Position numbers and translations under genes: made by a program. DNA of 63,750 nt from Clostridia bacterium. GTDB taxonomy: Bacteria; Bacillota; Clostridia; Oscillospirales; CAG-382. Where the stretch lies: assembly GCA_017397805.1 (NCBI GenBank), contig JAFQHW010000008.1, positions 1 to 63,750 of the forward strand, given 5' to 3'. This document shows positions 1-9,774 of the stretch, piece after piece (the stretch's first letter is position 1; each line of letters begins with the position of its first letter). The notes under the pieces are model-generated. The model did not search any database and was not told the origin of the DNA. It worked only from the letters and a program-made list of their open reading frames with translations.

Positions 1-147
1 GATACAGACTCCAGTGCGGCAACCACTTACAGTGTATATTCTTTACCTACCACATACTTTATAGATGGAGAGGGGTATTTGATTGCACAAGCGACCGGAG
101 CTATTTCTGCGGATACGCTTCAAAAAGGAATTGATATGATAAAATAA
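1..147 (+). CDS. C-terminal fragment of TlpA/ResA-like thiol-disulfide oxidoreductase (partial, runs off window start)
   Basis: Manual translation of frame 1 gives ...YSVYSLPTTYFIDGEGYLIAQATGAISADTLQKGIDMIK*; PTTYFID-x-x-G is the typical cis-Pro region of TlpA-like redoxins. Confidence 0.7.
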   Translation, partial: DTDSSAATTYSVYSLPTTYFIDGEGYLIAQATGAISADTLQKGIDMIK

Positions 148-163
148 AAAACGCTAAACACGG

Positions 164-300
164 GGCTGTCTCATAGCATTAACAAATTGTGAACGTTATG
201 TGCACGCTTAACAAAAAATCAAGGACATCACTTGAATGCCCTTGATTTTTTTGTAGCTTTTATATATGGTTTCATCTCAAAATTTCAATTTGAGACAGCC
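164..300. repeat. 137-bp element with 10-bp terminal inverted repeats and internal hairpin (candidate MITE / bidirectional terminator)
   Basis: GGCTGTCTCA at 164-173 and TGAGACAGCC at 291-300; internal AAAAAATCAAGG...CCTTGATTTTTT hairpin at about 213-251, between convergent genes. Confidence 0.45.
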
Positions 301-326
301 ACTTTTTAACATTAGTTGTTAATAAT

Positions 327-1274
327 TTATCTTTCAAGCAGAGGCTTTGCCAAAATTTCATCTTTTCTGTCTATCAGGTCGTTTGTTTCCAATGCCGTCT
401 CAAGGGCATCGGCTCCAAGTCTGTCTATAGCCGCACCAAGACGTTCCTTAGCGTAACCGTTTTCCTTATACCAAAGCATTACCTTTTCAATAACGGTAGG
501 AATCTCTTCTGTAGAATATACACTGCCAAGGAGAGTTCCCATGCGCTGTGTTTTACCCCAAGTTCCACCTACGAATATGCGGCAAATCGACTCTGCCTCT
601 TTGGGGACAGCACCAAACGGACACTTGCCGACGCACACACCGCAATTTGTGCACTTATCCATATCAATGATAGCTTTTCCGTCAACAACAGAAACAGCTT
701 TTGTCGGACAGCTTTCTGCAACGGCACACTTCTTACAGCCGCGGCAAAGGTCACTGTCGAAAGAGAAGGCTTTACAACCTTCGATGCCTACGTCGTTGAG
801 GCTTGGCTTCATACAGCTGTTTGGGCAACCTCCAACACCAATCTTGAATTTATGAGGGAGCTTTACGTTGCGCATTCCTATGTAAAATTTGTCGTAGATA
901 ATCTTTGCGATTTCTTGCGTATCTATATTGCCGTAAACACAGGTCGTTCCCTTGCAAGCGGTAACGGGACGAACCTTTGCGCCGGTGCCGCCGAAGTACA
1001 AGCCGTGTTCCGCCATAAACGCTTCTGCGTCGGGGATTTTATCGAAAGGAATGCCCACGACCTCGGCGGCAAGCCTTGCAGTGAAGATTACCTTGCCGTT
1101 ACCGAATTTTTCGGCGCACTCAGCTATCGCGTGTAATTCGGTTGGTGTAAAAAGTCCCGCAACCGTCACGATTCTGCCGGAGAAACACTCCGTTCCTCTA
1201 TTTCTTAAAAAACCTCTTGCTTTTACGCTTGTGATTTGTTCACTTGTCAGCATTGTTGTTAACCTCGTTTTCAT
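327..1274 (-). CDS. Nitrite/sulfite reductase family siroheme-[4Fe-4S] protein with ferredoxin insert (AsrC-like)
   Basis: TACKGTTC and LPHKFKIGVGGCPNSC siroheme/Fe-S ligand motifs; CRGCKKC...CP and CTNCGVCVGKCP ferredoxin motifs; KERLG C-terminal motif. Confidence 0.8.
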   Translation of the reverse strand: MKTRLTTMLTSEQITSVKARGFLRNRGTECFSGRIVTVAGLFTPTELHAIAECAEKFGNGKVIFTARLAAEVVGIPFDKIPDAEAFMAEHGLYFGGTGAKVRPVTACKGTTCVYGNIDTQEIAKIIYDKFYIGMRNVKLPHKFKIGVGGCPNSCMKPSLNDVGIEGCKAFSFDSDLCRGCKKCAVAESCPTKAVSVVDGKAIIDMDKCTNCGVCVGKCPFGAVPKEAESICRIFVGGTWGKTQRMGTLLGSVYSTEEIPTVIEKVMLWYKENGYAKERLGAAIDRLGADALETALETNDLIDRKDEILAKPLLER

Positions 1275-1330
1275 TGACTTACGTCCATTTTATGTTATAA
1301 TATTGTATCACGATACACGCGATTTGTCAA
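1274..1330. promoter_or_regulatory. Overlapping divergent sigma-A promoters
   Basis: Plus strand TTGACT-16-TATAAT (1274-1301); minus strand TTGACA-17-TACAAT (1330-1302). Confidence 0.5.
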
Positions 1331-1355
1331 TTAGGCACGTTAACTGAGAGGATTT

Positions 1356-2315
1356 ATGAAAGTTTATAAAATCTTAAATCACATTATTGTAATCGTTTTA
1401 ATCTTGTCAATGTTGCTTTTAACCACGGCATGTCAAGGAAGCTCTGAAAAAGACAGCGATTATACTGACACGTTTATCGACGCACTCGGGCGCGAAGTTA
1501 GCTTTCAAAAGAAGCCGGAACGTGTTGCTGCCCTTCTTGGTAGTTTTGCAGACATCTGGACTCTTGCCGGTGGTGAACTTTGTGCGGCGGCAGAGGATGC
1601 TTGGGAGGATTTCGGACTGGAGCTTGAGGACTGTACAAACATAGGCGGAGCCCATTCACCAAGCCTTGAACTTTTGATATCTGCTGATCCTGATTTTGTG
1701 ATAGCAAGTGCTTCCACTGCTTCTAACGTAGAAATGAAGTATTCGCTGGATGCGATGGGGATTACGGTGGCATATTTTGACGTTGACTGCTTTGATGATT
1801 ACCTGAATATGTTGAATATTTGCACCGATATTACCGAAAGAAAAGATTTATACGAGATAAACGGAGTTGCTGTTAAAGCGCAGATTGATGAAATAAAAGC
1901 ACAATACTCAGAAGCTGATATTCCGGAGAGTGAGCGAAAAATTCTTTTGTTGCGAGCTGCATCAAGCTTTGTGAAAGCCAAAGGGAGCAACGGAACGGTG
2001 CTTGGCGAGATGCTCAACGATATGGGGTGTATCAATATTGCCGACAACGATTCGAGTTTGCTTGAAAATTTGAGCATAGAAGCCATCGTTAGGGAAGAAC
2101 CGCACCATATTTTTGTGGTGACTATGGGAAGTGATACCGAGGCGGCAAAAAAATCGCTTGAAAATATGATAAAGGAGAATTCGGCCTGGAATACGCTTGG
2201 TGCTGTAAAAAACGGAAGATTGCACATAATGGACAAAACGCTGTTCAATCTGAAGCCAAACGATAGATGGGCGGAGTCATATGAGATGCTATATGAAAAG
2301 CTTACCAAAAAATAA
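1356..2315 (+). CDS. ABC transporter substrate-binding lipoprotein, iron-siderophore/heme/cobalamin family
   Basis: Lipobox LTTAC; DALGREV...PERVAAL, PSLELLISADPDFVI and AVKNGRLH motifs of Peripla_BP_2 proteins. Confidence 0.85.
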   Translation: MKVYKILNHIIVIVLILSMLLLTTACQGSSEKDSDYTDTFIDALGREVSFQKKPERVAALLGSFADIWTLAGGELCAAAEDAWEDFGLELEDCTNIGGAHSPSLELLISADPDFVIASASTASNVEMKYSLDAMGITVAYFDVDCFDDYLNMLNICTDITERKDLYEINGVAVKAQIDEIKAQYSEADIPESERKILLLRAASSFVKAKGSNGTVLGEMLNDMGCINIADNDSSLLENLSIEAIVREEPHHIFVVTMGSDTEAAKKSLENMIKENSAWNTLGAVKNGRLHIMDKTLFNLKPNDRWAESYEMLYEKLTKK

Positions 2316-3300
2316 AATAGCAAACATATACGGCATAGCGATTCTTTTACTGATTCTTTCTGCCGTTCTCGGCGTGCTTCTCGGAGCATCGGGAATAAGT
2401 CTTACGGATATGCTTTCGTCGCTCGTAAAGGGGGATATAGAAAGTCCCGAGGTGAAAATACTTCTATATGTAAGATTGCCGAGAATACTTTCGGGACTTA
2501 TATGCGGCGCGGCGCTTGCGGTGTCGGGGGCGGTCGTTCAAGGTGTTCTGGCAAACAAACTTGCATCTCCAAGCATTATAGGCGTCAACGCGGGTGCAGG
2601 TCTTGCCGTTATTCTTTGCTCAGCGTTTGGCATGATTGGAGGCTGGAGTCTTTCTGCATTTGCCTTTATCGGTGCGTTTTTGACTGTAATGCTTGTGAGT
2701 ATCGCCGCAAAGAAGTGGGGTGCATCGCGAGGAACGGTTATACTTATGGGTGTGGCACTCAATGCGTTGCTCGGAGCGATCTCCGATACCGTCATTACCT
2801 TCAACCCCGATGTCAGCGTGATGAGCAACGATTTCAAGATCGGTGATTTTTCATCGGTGACCTACGCTGAGCTTATACCTGCCGCCGTAATCGTTTTGAT
2901 AACCTTCTTGGTGTTGATAACGCTTTCAAACGAGCTTGATGTGCTGACGTTGGGTGACGAAAACGCCAAAGGTCTTGGGATGAATACGAGTCTTATGCGG
3001 GTAGTATTTTTGCTGATGTCGGCACTTTTGGCAGGTGCAGCTGTCAGCGTTTGCGGACTCCTTTCTTTCGTGGGACTTTTAGTGCCGCACGCGGTCAGAA
3101 GAATGGCAGTAACCGAATCAAAGCATTTGATACCGCTTTGCGCTCTGTTTGGCGCAGGATTCGTCGCTGTGTGCGATACTCTTGCAAGAGTGGTGTTTGC
3201 ACCTTACGAATTGCCCGTTGGAATTATTATGGCATTTCTCGGTGCGCCCTTCTTTATCTTTATTCTGATCAGAGGAAAAGGAGGACACCGCAATGCTTGA
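2281..3300 (+). CDS. FecCD/BtuC family ABC permease (true start probably slightly downstream)
   Basis: VRLPRI, NKLASPSIIGVNAGA, LGDENAKGLG, FVGLLVPH, ELPVGII motifs. Confidence 0.9.
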   Translation: MRCYMKSLPKNKIANIYGIAILLLILSAVLGVLLGASGISLTDMLSSLVKGDIESPEVKILLYVRLPRILSGLICGAALAVSGAVVQGVLANKLASPSIIGVNAGAGLAVILCSAFGMIGGWSLSAFAFIGAFLTVMLVSIAAKKWGASRGTVILMGVALNALLGAISDTVITFNPDVSVMSNDFKIGDFSSVTYAELIPAAVIVLITFLVLITLSNELDVLTLGDENAKGLGMNTSLMRVVFLLMSALLAGAAVSVCGLLSFVGLLVPHAVRRMAVTESKHLIPLCALFGAGFVAVCDTLARVVFAPYELPVGIIMAFLGAPFFIFILIRGKGGHRNA

Positions 3301-4042
3301 ACTGAAGAATGTATCTGCGGGATACGGAGAATCATCTGTGCTCAAGGGTGTTAGCACAACCTTTGAAAAAGGAAAGCTGACGAGCATTATCGGCAAAAAC
3401 GGATGCGGAAAAAGTACGCTTCTGAAATCGATCCTCGGTATATTACCCTTATCAAGCGGCAAGGTTGTTGTTGACGGAAACAACTTGCATTCAATGAGCA
3501 GAAATGAAATCGCAAAAAAGGTTGCGTATTTGGCACAAGGTAAAAGCACTCCCGATATGACGGTGGAGCAAATGGTTTTACACGGAAGATTTCCGCACCT
3601 TTCCTATCCAAGGAGGTATCAGGAAGCTGATCGAGAGATAGCAAGAAAAGCGATGGGCGTTGTAGGCATATATCACCTTGCAGATAAACCTTTATTCACC
3701 CTTTCGGGCGGTACACGGCAAAACGCCTATATTGCAATGGCACTGGCTCAGGATACCGACTATATTCTCCTTGACGAGCCAACGACCTATCTTGATATTG
3801 CTCATCAGCGTGAATTGATGAACCTTCTTGTAAAGCTTGCCAATAGGGGCAAGGGGATTATAACGGTTATGCACGACCTTCCCTTGGCATTCAATTTTTC
3901 GAATACGGTAGCAGTTATTCAAAACGGAACGGTAGTTGCTCACGCTGAGCCGTCGGAAATATGTGGCTCTTCCGTACTTGATGAGGTTTTCGGCGTAAAA
4001 ATCGAGCGTTTACCTAATGATAAATTCTATTATGATTACTGA
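3293..4042 (+). CDS. ABC transporter ATP-binding protein (FecE/BtuD type)
   Basis: Walker A GKNGCGKST, LSGG signature, LLDEPTTYLD, HDL. Confidence 0.9.
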   Translation: MLELKNVSAGYGESSVLKGVSTTFEKGKLTSIIGKNGCGKSTLLKSILGILPLSSGKVVVDGNNLHSMSRNEIAKKVAYLAQGKSTPDMTVEQMVLHGRFPHLSYPRRYQEADREIARKAMGVVGIYHLADKPLFTLSGGTRQNAYIAMALAQDTDYILLDEPTTYLDIAHQRELMNLLVKLANRGKGIITVMHDLPLAFNFSNTVAVIQNGTVVAHAEPSEICGSSVLDEVFGVKIERLPNDKFYYDY

Positions 4043-4273
4043 CGTGATTAAATATCATCGGCTTAATCGTTGCAACGGGAACAGAGTCATCGGCACCGAT
4101 GTTACGATTGACAATTCTACACATACAGTAATATTATACTTATAAAGCTTGACAAAGCTCTTGAAAACATGATATAATATATTGTTTTATGTACCATTTA
4201 GTTTTGTTGTGGATTTATAGTTCCTAACGAGCTACAACGGCATTATTAAACAGAATTGAAAGGAAGAAGCCCA

Positions 4274-5200
4274 ATGATATATGAAACTATACTGGAGGCT
4301 GTCGGAAACACTCCGATCATCAAACTGCAACGAATTGCCGATCCGGACGGAGCAGATATATTGGTTAAGTTTGAAGGCTTAAATGTTGGCGGCTCCATTA
4401 AAACGCGCACTGCGTTAAATATGATTATCGAAGCGGAAAAAAGCGGTATTCTTCACCCTGATTCCGTAATCGTTGAACCAACAAGCGGAAATCAAGGTAT
4501 AGGTCTTGCTTTAGTGGGTGCTGTTAAAGGATACTCCGTGAAGATTATTATGCCCGATTCCGTAAGTGAAGAAAGACGTAAGCTTGTTGAACATTACGGA
4601 GCAGAAGTGATTTTGGTTCACGATAGCGGTAACATTGGCTTGTGCATAGAAGAGTGCATAAATTTGGCGCTTAAAATGAAAGAAGAAGACGATAGGGTGT
4701 TCGTACCCCAACAGTTTGAAAATCCTGCTAATCCCGATATTCAGCGTCATGGCACGGGCAAAGAAATCATCCGTCAGGTTGGAGGTCCGATTCACGGTTT
4801 TTGTTCGGGCATAGGCACCGGAGGAACAATAACAGGTATTGGGGAGACCTTAAAAAAACATAATCCCGATATGATCGTTTGGGCTGTTGAACCTGAGAAC
4901 GCGGCAATCCTTTCCGGCGGTTCAATCGGCACGCACGTTCAGATGGGCATCGGTGATGGCGTTATTCCCAAAATACTTAATCAAGATATATATGACGACC
5001 TCTGTATCATTAAGGACGAGGAAGCTATTCAGGTTTCAAAGGATTTGGCATCAAAAGAAGGCATTATGTGCGGAATCAGCAGCGGCACCAATGTTGCGGC
5101 TGCACTTAAGTTAGCCAAGAAGCTCGGAAAAGGCAAGACTGTCGTAACCGTGTTGCCTGATACTGCGGAAAGATATTTTTCCACACCTCTGTTTGAGTGA
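4274..5200 (+). CDS. cysK: Cysteine synthase A
   Basis: GNTPII, GGSIKTR (PLP lysine), EPTSGNQGIGLA, GIGTGGT, GISSG, PDTAERYFST; ATG at 4274 follows AGGAAG. Confidence 0.9.
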   Translation: MIYETILEAVGNTPIIKLQRIADPDGADILVKFEGLNVGGSIKTRTALNMIIEAEKSGILHPDSVIVEPTSGNQGIGLALVGAVKGYSVKIIMPDSVSEERRKLVEHYGAEVILVHDSGNIGLCIEECINLALKMKEEDDRVFVPQQFENPANPDIQRHGTGKEIIRQVGGPIHGFCSGIGTGGTITGIGETLKKHNPDMIVWAVEPENAAILSGGSIGTHVQMGIGDGVIPKILNQDIYDDLCIIKDEEAIQVSKDLASKEGIMCGISSGTNVAAALKLAKKLGKGKTVVTVLPDTAERYFSTPLFE

Positions 5201-5284
5201 TTGGGTGTAAGCCAAGCGGTATCGTCATAAAACGCTCGAATTATCCGAAACGTATTACTTATGATGATTTATGGTGGTAATCAT

Positions 5285-5542
5285 ATGGAACGACTAAGAC
5301 CCTCATTCAAAAAAAGACGAATGATTTTAAGAATAATAGTAGCAATATTTACTTTGTTGATGGTATTGTTTTTCGAATTCTTTACTAAGGATAGATTAGG
5401 GGTATCAATATTTATTACCTTTTTGATTCTGTTTTGCATTTTGCTGTGTTTTTGGTGGCGTTGTCCTCGTTGTAATACGTTTTTTTGGAAACTCCCGTGG
5501 TTTTCAAAATATTGTCCGCATTGCGGCAAGGAATTCGACTGA
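5285..5542 (+). CDS. Small AT-rich membrane protein with C-terminal zinc ribbon
   Basis: Two hydrophobic helices then CPRC...CPHCG. Confidence 0.6.
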   Translation: MERLRPSFKKRRMILRIIVAIFTLLMVLFFEFFTKDRLGVSIFITFLILFCILLCFWWRCPRCNTFFWKLPWFSKYCPHCGKEFD

Positions 5543-5573
5543 TCCATATATCGTTTTTGCTAAAAATTGAATT

Positions 5574-5602
5574 AAAAATCCTCGTTTTTTGCGAGGATTT
5601 TT
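5574..5602. terminator. Rho-independent terminator
   Basis: AAAAATCCTCG / CGAGGATTTTT inverted repeat. Confidence 0.7.
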
Positions 5603-5767
5603 ATATGTGGAGTATTTTCCGATTTAATAGCCAAATATATGCTTTTTAAAAATTTTCGTAAGTGATCTCATAAATATATTGAAATTTTCGTATAAATACT
5701 GTATAATGCTTTTGTAGCGGTCTGTTTGCCGCAAATAATATTAATTTTGTGTCAGGAGGAAATTTTT

Positions 5768-6436
5768 ATGGATCTATTAAGAAAATGCACAGCAGAATTC
5801 ATCGGCACCTTTGTGTTAGTATTCTTCGCCTGCGGAACTGCCGCTGTTGTCGGTTGCTCCGCTGAATTCGGAACCGGCTACTTGCTGACGGCACTTGCCT
5901 TTGGTCTTGTTATCGTTGCAATGGCGTATTCCATCGGTAATATATCCGGCTGTCACATCAATCCTGCCGTATCCATTGCGATGCTTGTCAGCGGCAAGCT
6001 TTCGATTAAGGACTTTATCGGATACTTAATTGCTCAATTTGCAGGGGCTACCGTCGGAGCCGCCGCGCTTATGGCTTTTGTTGGGAAGGACAGCGGTTTG
6101 GGCGCAAATGCCCTTTATGACAAAGATATTGCTTTGTCCTTGCTCATTGAGGTCATTCTTACCTTCGTCTTCGTTATTGCAATTCTCGGTGTAACTTCCA
6201 AAAAAGAGAACGGCGCAGTTGCCGGTATAGTAATCGGTTTGACTTTGACTTTGGTTCATATCCTCGGCATTTCCTTTACGGGAACATCCGTTAACCCCGC
6301 CCGTAGCTTTGGCCCCGCTCTCCTCGTTGGCGGCGACGCTTTGGCGAACGTTTGGGTTTTCTTGGTTGCTCCTTTAGCAGGAGGTGTTCTTGCGGCACTT
6401 GTTTATAAGTTTTTAGCCGGAAAGAAAGCAGAATAA
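5768..6436 (+). CDS. aqpZ: MIP family channel (aquaporin Z-like)
   Basis: AEFIGTF, SGCHINPAVS and TSVNPARS (two NPA motifs); AGGAGG RBS before ATG at 5768. Confidence 0.85.
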   Translation: MDLLRKCTAEFIGTFVLVFFACGTAAVVGCSAEFGTGYLLTALAFGLVIVAMAYSIGNISGCHINPAVSIAMLVSGKLSIKDFIGYLIAQFAGATVGAAALMAFVGKDSGLGANALYDKDIALSLLIEVILTFVFVIAILGVTSKKENGAVAGIVIGLTLTLVHILGISFTGTSVNPARSFGPALLVGGDALANVWVFLVAPLAGGVLAALVYKFLAGKKAE

Positions 6437-6444
6437 GTTTTTAT

Positions 6445-6469
6445 AAAAGACCTTTTAGGAGGTCTTTTT
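6445..6469 (+). terminator. Rho-independent terminator
   Basis: AAAAGACCT / AGGTCTTTT hairpin with T tract. Confidence 0.65.
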
Positions 6470-6501
6470 CTATGGCACGATTATGGTTGAATTAAATAAT
6501 A

Positions 6502-6530
6502 TTGACAAATTTTTCGATGTATTATATAAT
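6502..6530 (+). promoter_or_regulatory. Consensus sigma-A promoter for SPFH gene
   Basis: TTGACA-17-TATAAT. Confidence 0.7.
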
Positions 6531-6579
6531 CCTAATTGTAAAGCATAAGCTTAAGTAAACTAATTTGGAGGTAGATATT

Positions 6580-7536
6580 ATGACAAACGGACAAATCGTT
6601 GGTATTGTTATCGGTGTTTTGGCGGTTATTCTGGTTTTCAGTTGGATCAAGATCGTTCCACAAGCAACCGAGTACGTTATTGAGCGTTTAGGAAAATATA
6701 AAGGTACGTGGACTGCAGGTATTCATATGCTCGTTCCTTTTATTGACCGCATTCCCAATAAAGTAACCTTAAAGGAACAGGTGCTTGATTCACCCCCTCA
6801 GCCCGTAATTACCAAGGATAACGTAACTATGCAAATAGATACTGTCGTATATTTCAAGGTTTTTGATGCCAAGTTGTTTACCTACGGCGCAGTAAGACCC
6901 ATTAGCGCTTTGAGTAATCTTACGGCAACCACTTTGCGTAATATAGTCGGTGAACTGGAGCTGGACGACACTCTTACTTCAAGAGACACGATAAACAGCC
7001 GTATGACGGAAATTCTTGACAGTGCCACAGACCAATGGGGAATTAAGGTTAATCGCGTAGAGCTCAAAAATATCATCCCTCCTGCGGAAATTCAGAACGC
7101 GATGGAAAAGCAGATGAAGGCTGAGCGCGACAGACGTGAAACCTTGCTTGAAGCAGAGGGACATAGGGCGGCCGTTATAATGAGAGCCGAGGGCGATAAG
7201 CAGGCGATGATCTTGGCGGCTGAAGGTGAAAGAGATGCAAGAATTGCTCGTGCCGAAGGCGAAGCAAAGGCAATATATCTTGCTAAAAAGGCGGAGGCGG
7301 ACGGTCTTGCCGCTTTGAAAAATGCGGGAGCTGACGGTGCCGTACTTGAGCTTAAAAAGTACGAAGCCTTGGTGGCTGTATCCAAAGGCAATGCTTCTAA
7401 GATTATAATCCCTACCGATGCGGTTGAAATGACGAAGGCAAACGTTTTGTTTTCCGAGACCACAGGTATAGGTGATGTTACGAAGGAAACTCCAAAACCT
7501 AAAAAGGTTCAAAAACCGGACGTTTGTTGCGACTGA
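6580..7536 (+). CDS. SPFH/Band 7/PHB domain membrane protein (QmcA/stomatin-like)
   Basis: N-terminal TM, IKIVPQ, VIERLGKY, VITKDNV, TTLRNIVG, WGIKVNRVELK, AMEKQMKAER. Confidence 0.9.
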   Translation: MTNGQIVGIVIGVLAVILVFSWIKIVPQATEYVIERLGKYKGTWTAGIHMLVPFIDRIPNKVTLKEQVLDSPPQPVITKDNVTMQIDTVVYFKVFDAKLFTYGAVRPISALSNLTATTLRNIVGELELDDTLTSRDTINSRMTEILDSATDQWGIKVNRVELKNIIPPAEIQNAMEKQMKAERDRRETLLEAEGHRAAVIMRAEGDKQAMILAAEGERDARIARAEGEAKAIYLAKKAEADGLAALKNAGADGAVLELKKYEALVAVSKGNASKIIIPTDAVEMTKANVLFSETTGIGDVTKETPKPKKVQKPDVCCD

Positions 7537-7541
7537 TATTG

Positions 7542-7576
7542 AAAGCGTTTGTTCCTTCCGGGAGCAGACGCTTTTT
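7542..7576 (+). terminator. Rho-independent terminator
   Basis: AAAGCGTTTGTTCC / GGAGCAGACGCTTT hairpin followed by Ts. Confidence 0.7.
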
Positions 7577-7665
7577 ATATTAAAAATTTAAAATTAATTC
7601 TGCTAAAATGTTGATTTATGCGAAAATATGGTGTATAATGATAAAAAATCAAATAGACTTCTGTG

Positions 7666-7832
7666 TGACGATTGCAGGAAAGGGATTTTGCCCACCGAAG
7701 GAGTAACGCTCTCAGGTTTCCTGTTTACGGGATGAGGACTGCAATTTGACAGAACTTTGGAGAAGCTCATTAAATTGAGTGCCGAAGGTGCAAAGCGCAA
7801 AGCGCTAATCTCTCAGGCAAAAGGACAAAGTG
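7666..7832 (+). ncRNA. Tandem glycine riboswitch
   Basis: Two aptamers, each with GGA[AG]A...CCGAAGG...CTCTCAGG...GGAC; downstream of TTGATT-17-TATAAT (7611-7639) and upstream of an Ala/Gly symporter. Confidence 0.9.
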
Positions 7833-7918
7833 CAAGGATCTTTCCTAAAACGGTTTTCTTTTCGCTTGGGACTGTGCGTGTTGTAGCATAGTCTGTTTTT
7901 GTTTTAGGAGGATAAAGT

Positions 7919-9457
7919 ATGAGTTTTTTGGATTGGCTTACTAACGTTAACAAAGCCGTTTATGACTTTGTGTGGGGATACGTAGGAATCGCTTTGCTGA
8001 TAGGCGTCGGCGTAATTATGACCTTATCAACTAAAGTTTTTCAAATAAGCAGATTTGGTCATTGGGTGAAAAACACCATCGGTAGCTTGTTCAAAAAGAA
8101 TGTTATTTCTCATACCAAGGAAAAGGGTACCGTTTCTCCTTTCCAAGCTTTATGTACAGCTTTGGCCGCAACTGTAGGAACGGGTAATATTGCAGGTGTA
8201 GCTACTGCAATTTGTATCGGTGGTGCGGGTGCGGTTTTTTGGATGTGGGTTGCCGCGTTTTTCGGTATGATGACAAACTTTTCCGAAAACGTTTTGGGTA
8301 TATATTTCCGTCGCCGTAACGCTGACGGTGAATGGAGCGGCGGTGCAATGTATTACCTTGTTGACGGTTTGGGTAAGAAAAAAGGCTTCAAGACGATAGC
8401 TTCCGTGCTTGCAATACTTTTTTCCGTATTTACCTTGTTGGCTTCTTTAGGTATCGGTTCTATGGGGCAGGTGAACAAGATCGTTGCAAACGTAGCAAAC
8501 GCATTTGACGTGGGTGTTCTTTCAAGCGTTACGGTGTTTGGTGACATCAGTCTTTATAACGTGGTTATAGGTGCCGTTATTTTGGCACTTGCGGCATTAA
8601 TAATATTAGGCGGCTTAAAGCGAATTGCTTACTTTGCAGAAAAAATCGTTCCTACAATGGTGGTGCTTTTTGTGTTAGGGTCGCTTGTGGTAATAGGCAT
8701 AAATTATTTTAATATTCTCCCCGCTTTTAAAGCTATTTTCGTTAACGCCTTTACACCTATAGCTGCTGTTGGCGGCGGTATCGGTACCGTTGTAAGCAAA
8801 GTAATAACGCAAGGCTTCAAGCGCGGTGTGTTCTCAAACGAAGCGGGCCTCGGTTCTTCCGTTATGGTTCATTCAAACTCCAGTGTTAAAGAGCCTGTAA
8901 AGCAGGGTATGTGGGGTATATTTGAGGTTTTTGCGGATACGATCGTAGTTTGTACTATGACGGCTTTGGTCTTGCTTACTTCCGGAGCTTATAATATTGA
9001 AACGGGAGTTATACTTGAAGGCTATACCGATGCTACCTTGGTTGCAGGCGCGTTTAACCAAGTTTTCTCTTGGGGCGGTATCGGTGAGAAATTTATAGCC
9101 GTTGCGATGTTTTTGTTTGCCTTTACGACGATTCTCGGTTGGTCCCATTACGGTACCAAAGCGTGGGAGTTTTTGTTTGGAGCAAAGACTTCTCCTATTT
9201 TCAAAATAATACATATTATGTCCATTATGCTGGGCGCGATTATGACTTCGTCCTTGGCTTGGGATATTTCCGACACATTCAACGGCATGATGATGTTCCC
9301 CAACCTGATAGCCGTTGTGGCGCTTTGTCCGTTGGTCGTTAGGATTACCAAGAATTATATAGACAGAAATATTAAAAACAAAGACGTTAAGCCTATTCTT
9401 TCTTATGACGAAACGATACAGAAGGAAATGGAAGAAGGCTTGAATTCTGAAGAATAA
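7919..9457 (+). CDS. Alanine/glycine:cation symporter (AGCS family)
   Basis: SPFQALCTALAATVGTGNIAGVA, GAVFWMW, GGAMYYL, RGVFSNEAGLGS, FAFTTILGW. Confidence 0.92.
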   Translation: MSFLDWLTNVNKAVYDFVWGYVGIALLIGVGVIMTLSTKVFQISRFGHWVKNTIGSLFKKNVISHTKEKGTVSPFQALCTALAATVGTGNIAGVATAICIGGAGAVFWMWVAAFFGMMTNFSENVLGIYFRRRNADGEWSGGAMYYLVDGLGKKKGFKTIASVLAILFSVFTLLASLGIGSMGQVNKIVANVANAFDVGVLSSVTVFGDISLYNVVIGAVILALAALIILGGLKRIAYFAEKIVPTMVVLFVLGSLVVIGINYFNILPAFKAIFVNAFTPIAAVGGGIGTVVSKVITQGFKRGVFSNEAGLGSSVMVHSNSSVKEPVKQGMWGIFEVFADTIVVCTMTALVLLTSGAYNIETGVILEGYTDATLVAGAFNQVFSWGGIGEKFIAVAMFLFAFTTILGWSHYGTKAWEFLFGAKTSPIFKIIHIMSIMLGAIMTSSLAWDISDTFNGMMMFPNLIAVVALCPLVVRITKNYIDRNIKNKDVKPILSYDETIQKEMEEGLNSEE

Positions 9458-9562
9458 AATTGTAAAGCATCATAAAACGAGATGAAAATGATTATAATAT
9501 GAAATGCTTATTAATATGCGCAGAGGCTTTTAATCTTCAATTGCTTTTTGGAGGTATTTAAT

Positions 9563-9760
9563 ATGAAGATTTCACTTAATCCTGATGTCGAAATCGTAAA
9601 AGCAGTAAAAGAGGGGTTGAAAAGAACCGGTGGTTACTGCCCGTGCGTGAGAGAAAAAAGCGAGGATACCAAGTGTATGTGTAAGCAGTTTAAGGAACAG
9701 CTTGCCGACCCTGATTTTGAGGGTTTTTGCCATTGTATGCTATATTATAAATCCAAATAA
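9563..9760 (+). CDS. Ferredoxin:thioredoxin reductase catalytic subunit-like protein
   Basis: GYCPC...CMC...GFCHCMLY cysteine pattern of the FTR beta chain; adjacent to trxA. Confidence 0.75.
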   Translation: MKISLNPDVEIVKAVKEGLKRTGGYCPCVREKSEDTKCMCKQFKEQLADPDFEGFCHCMLYYKSK

Positions 9761-9774
9761 CGGAGAGGGTAGCA

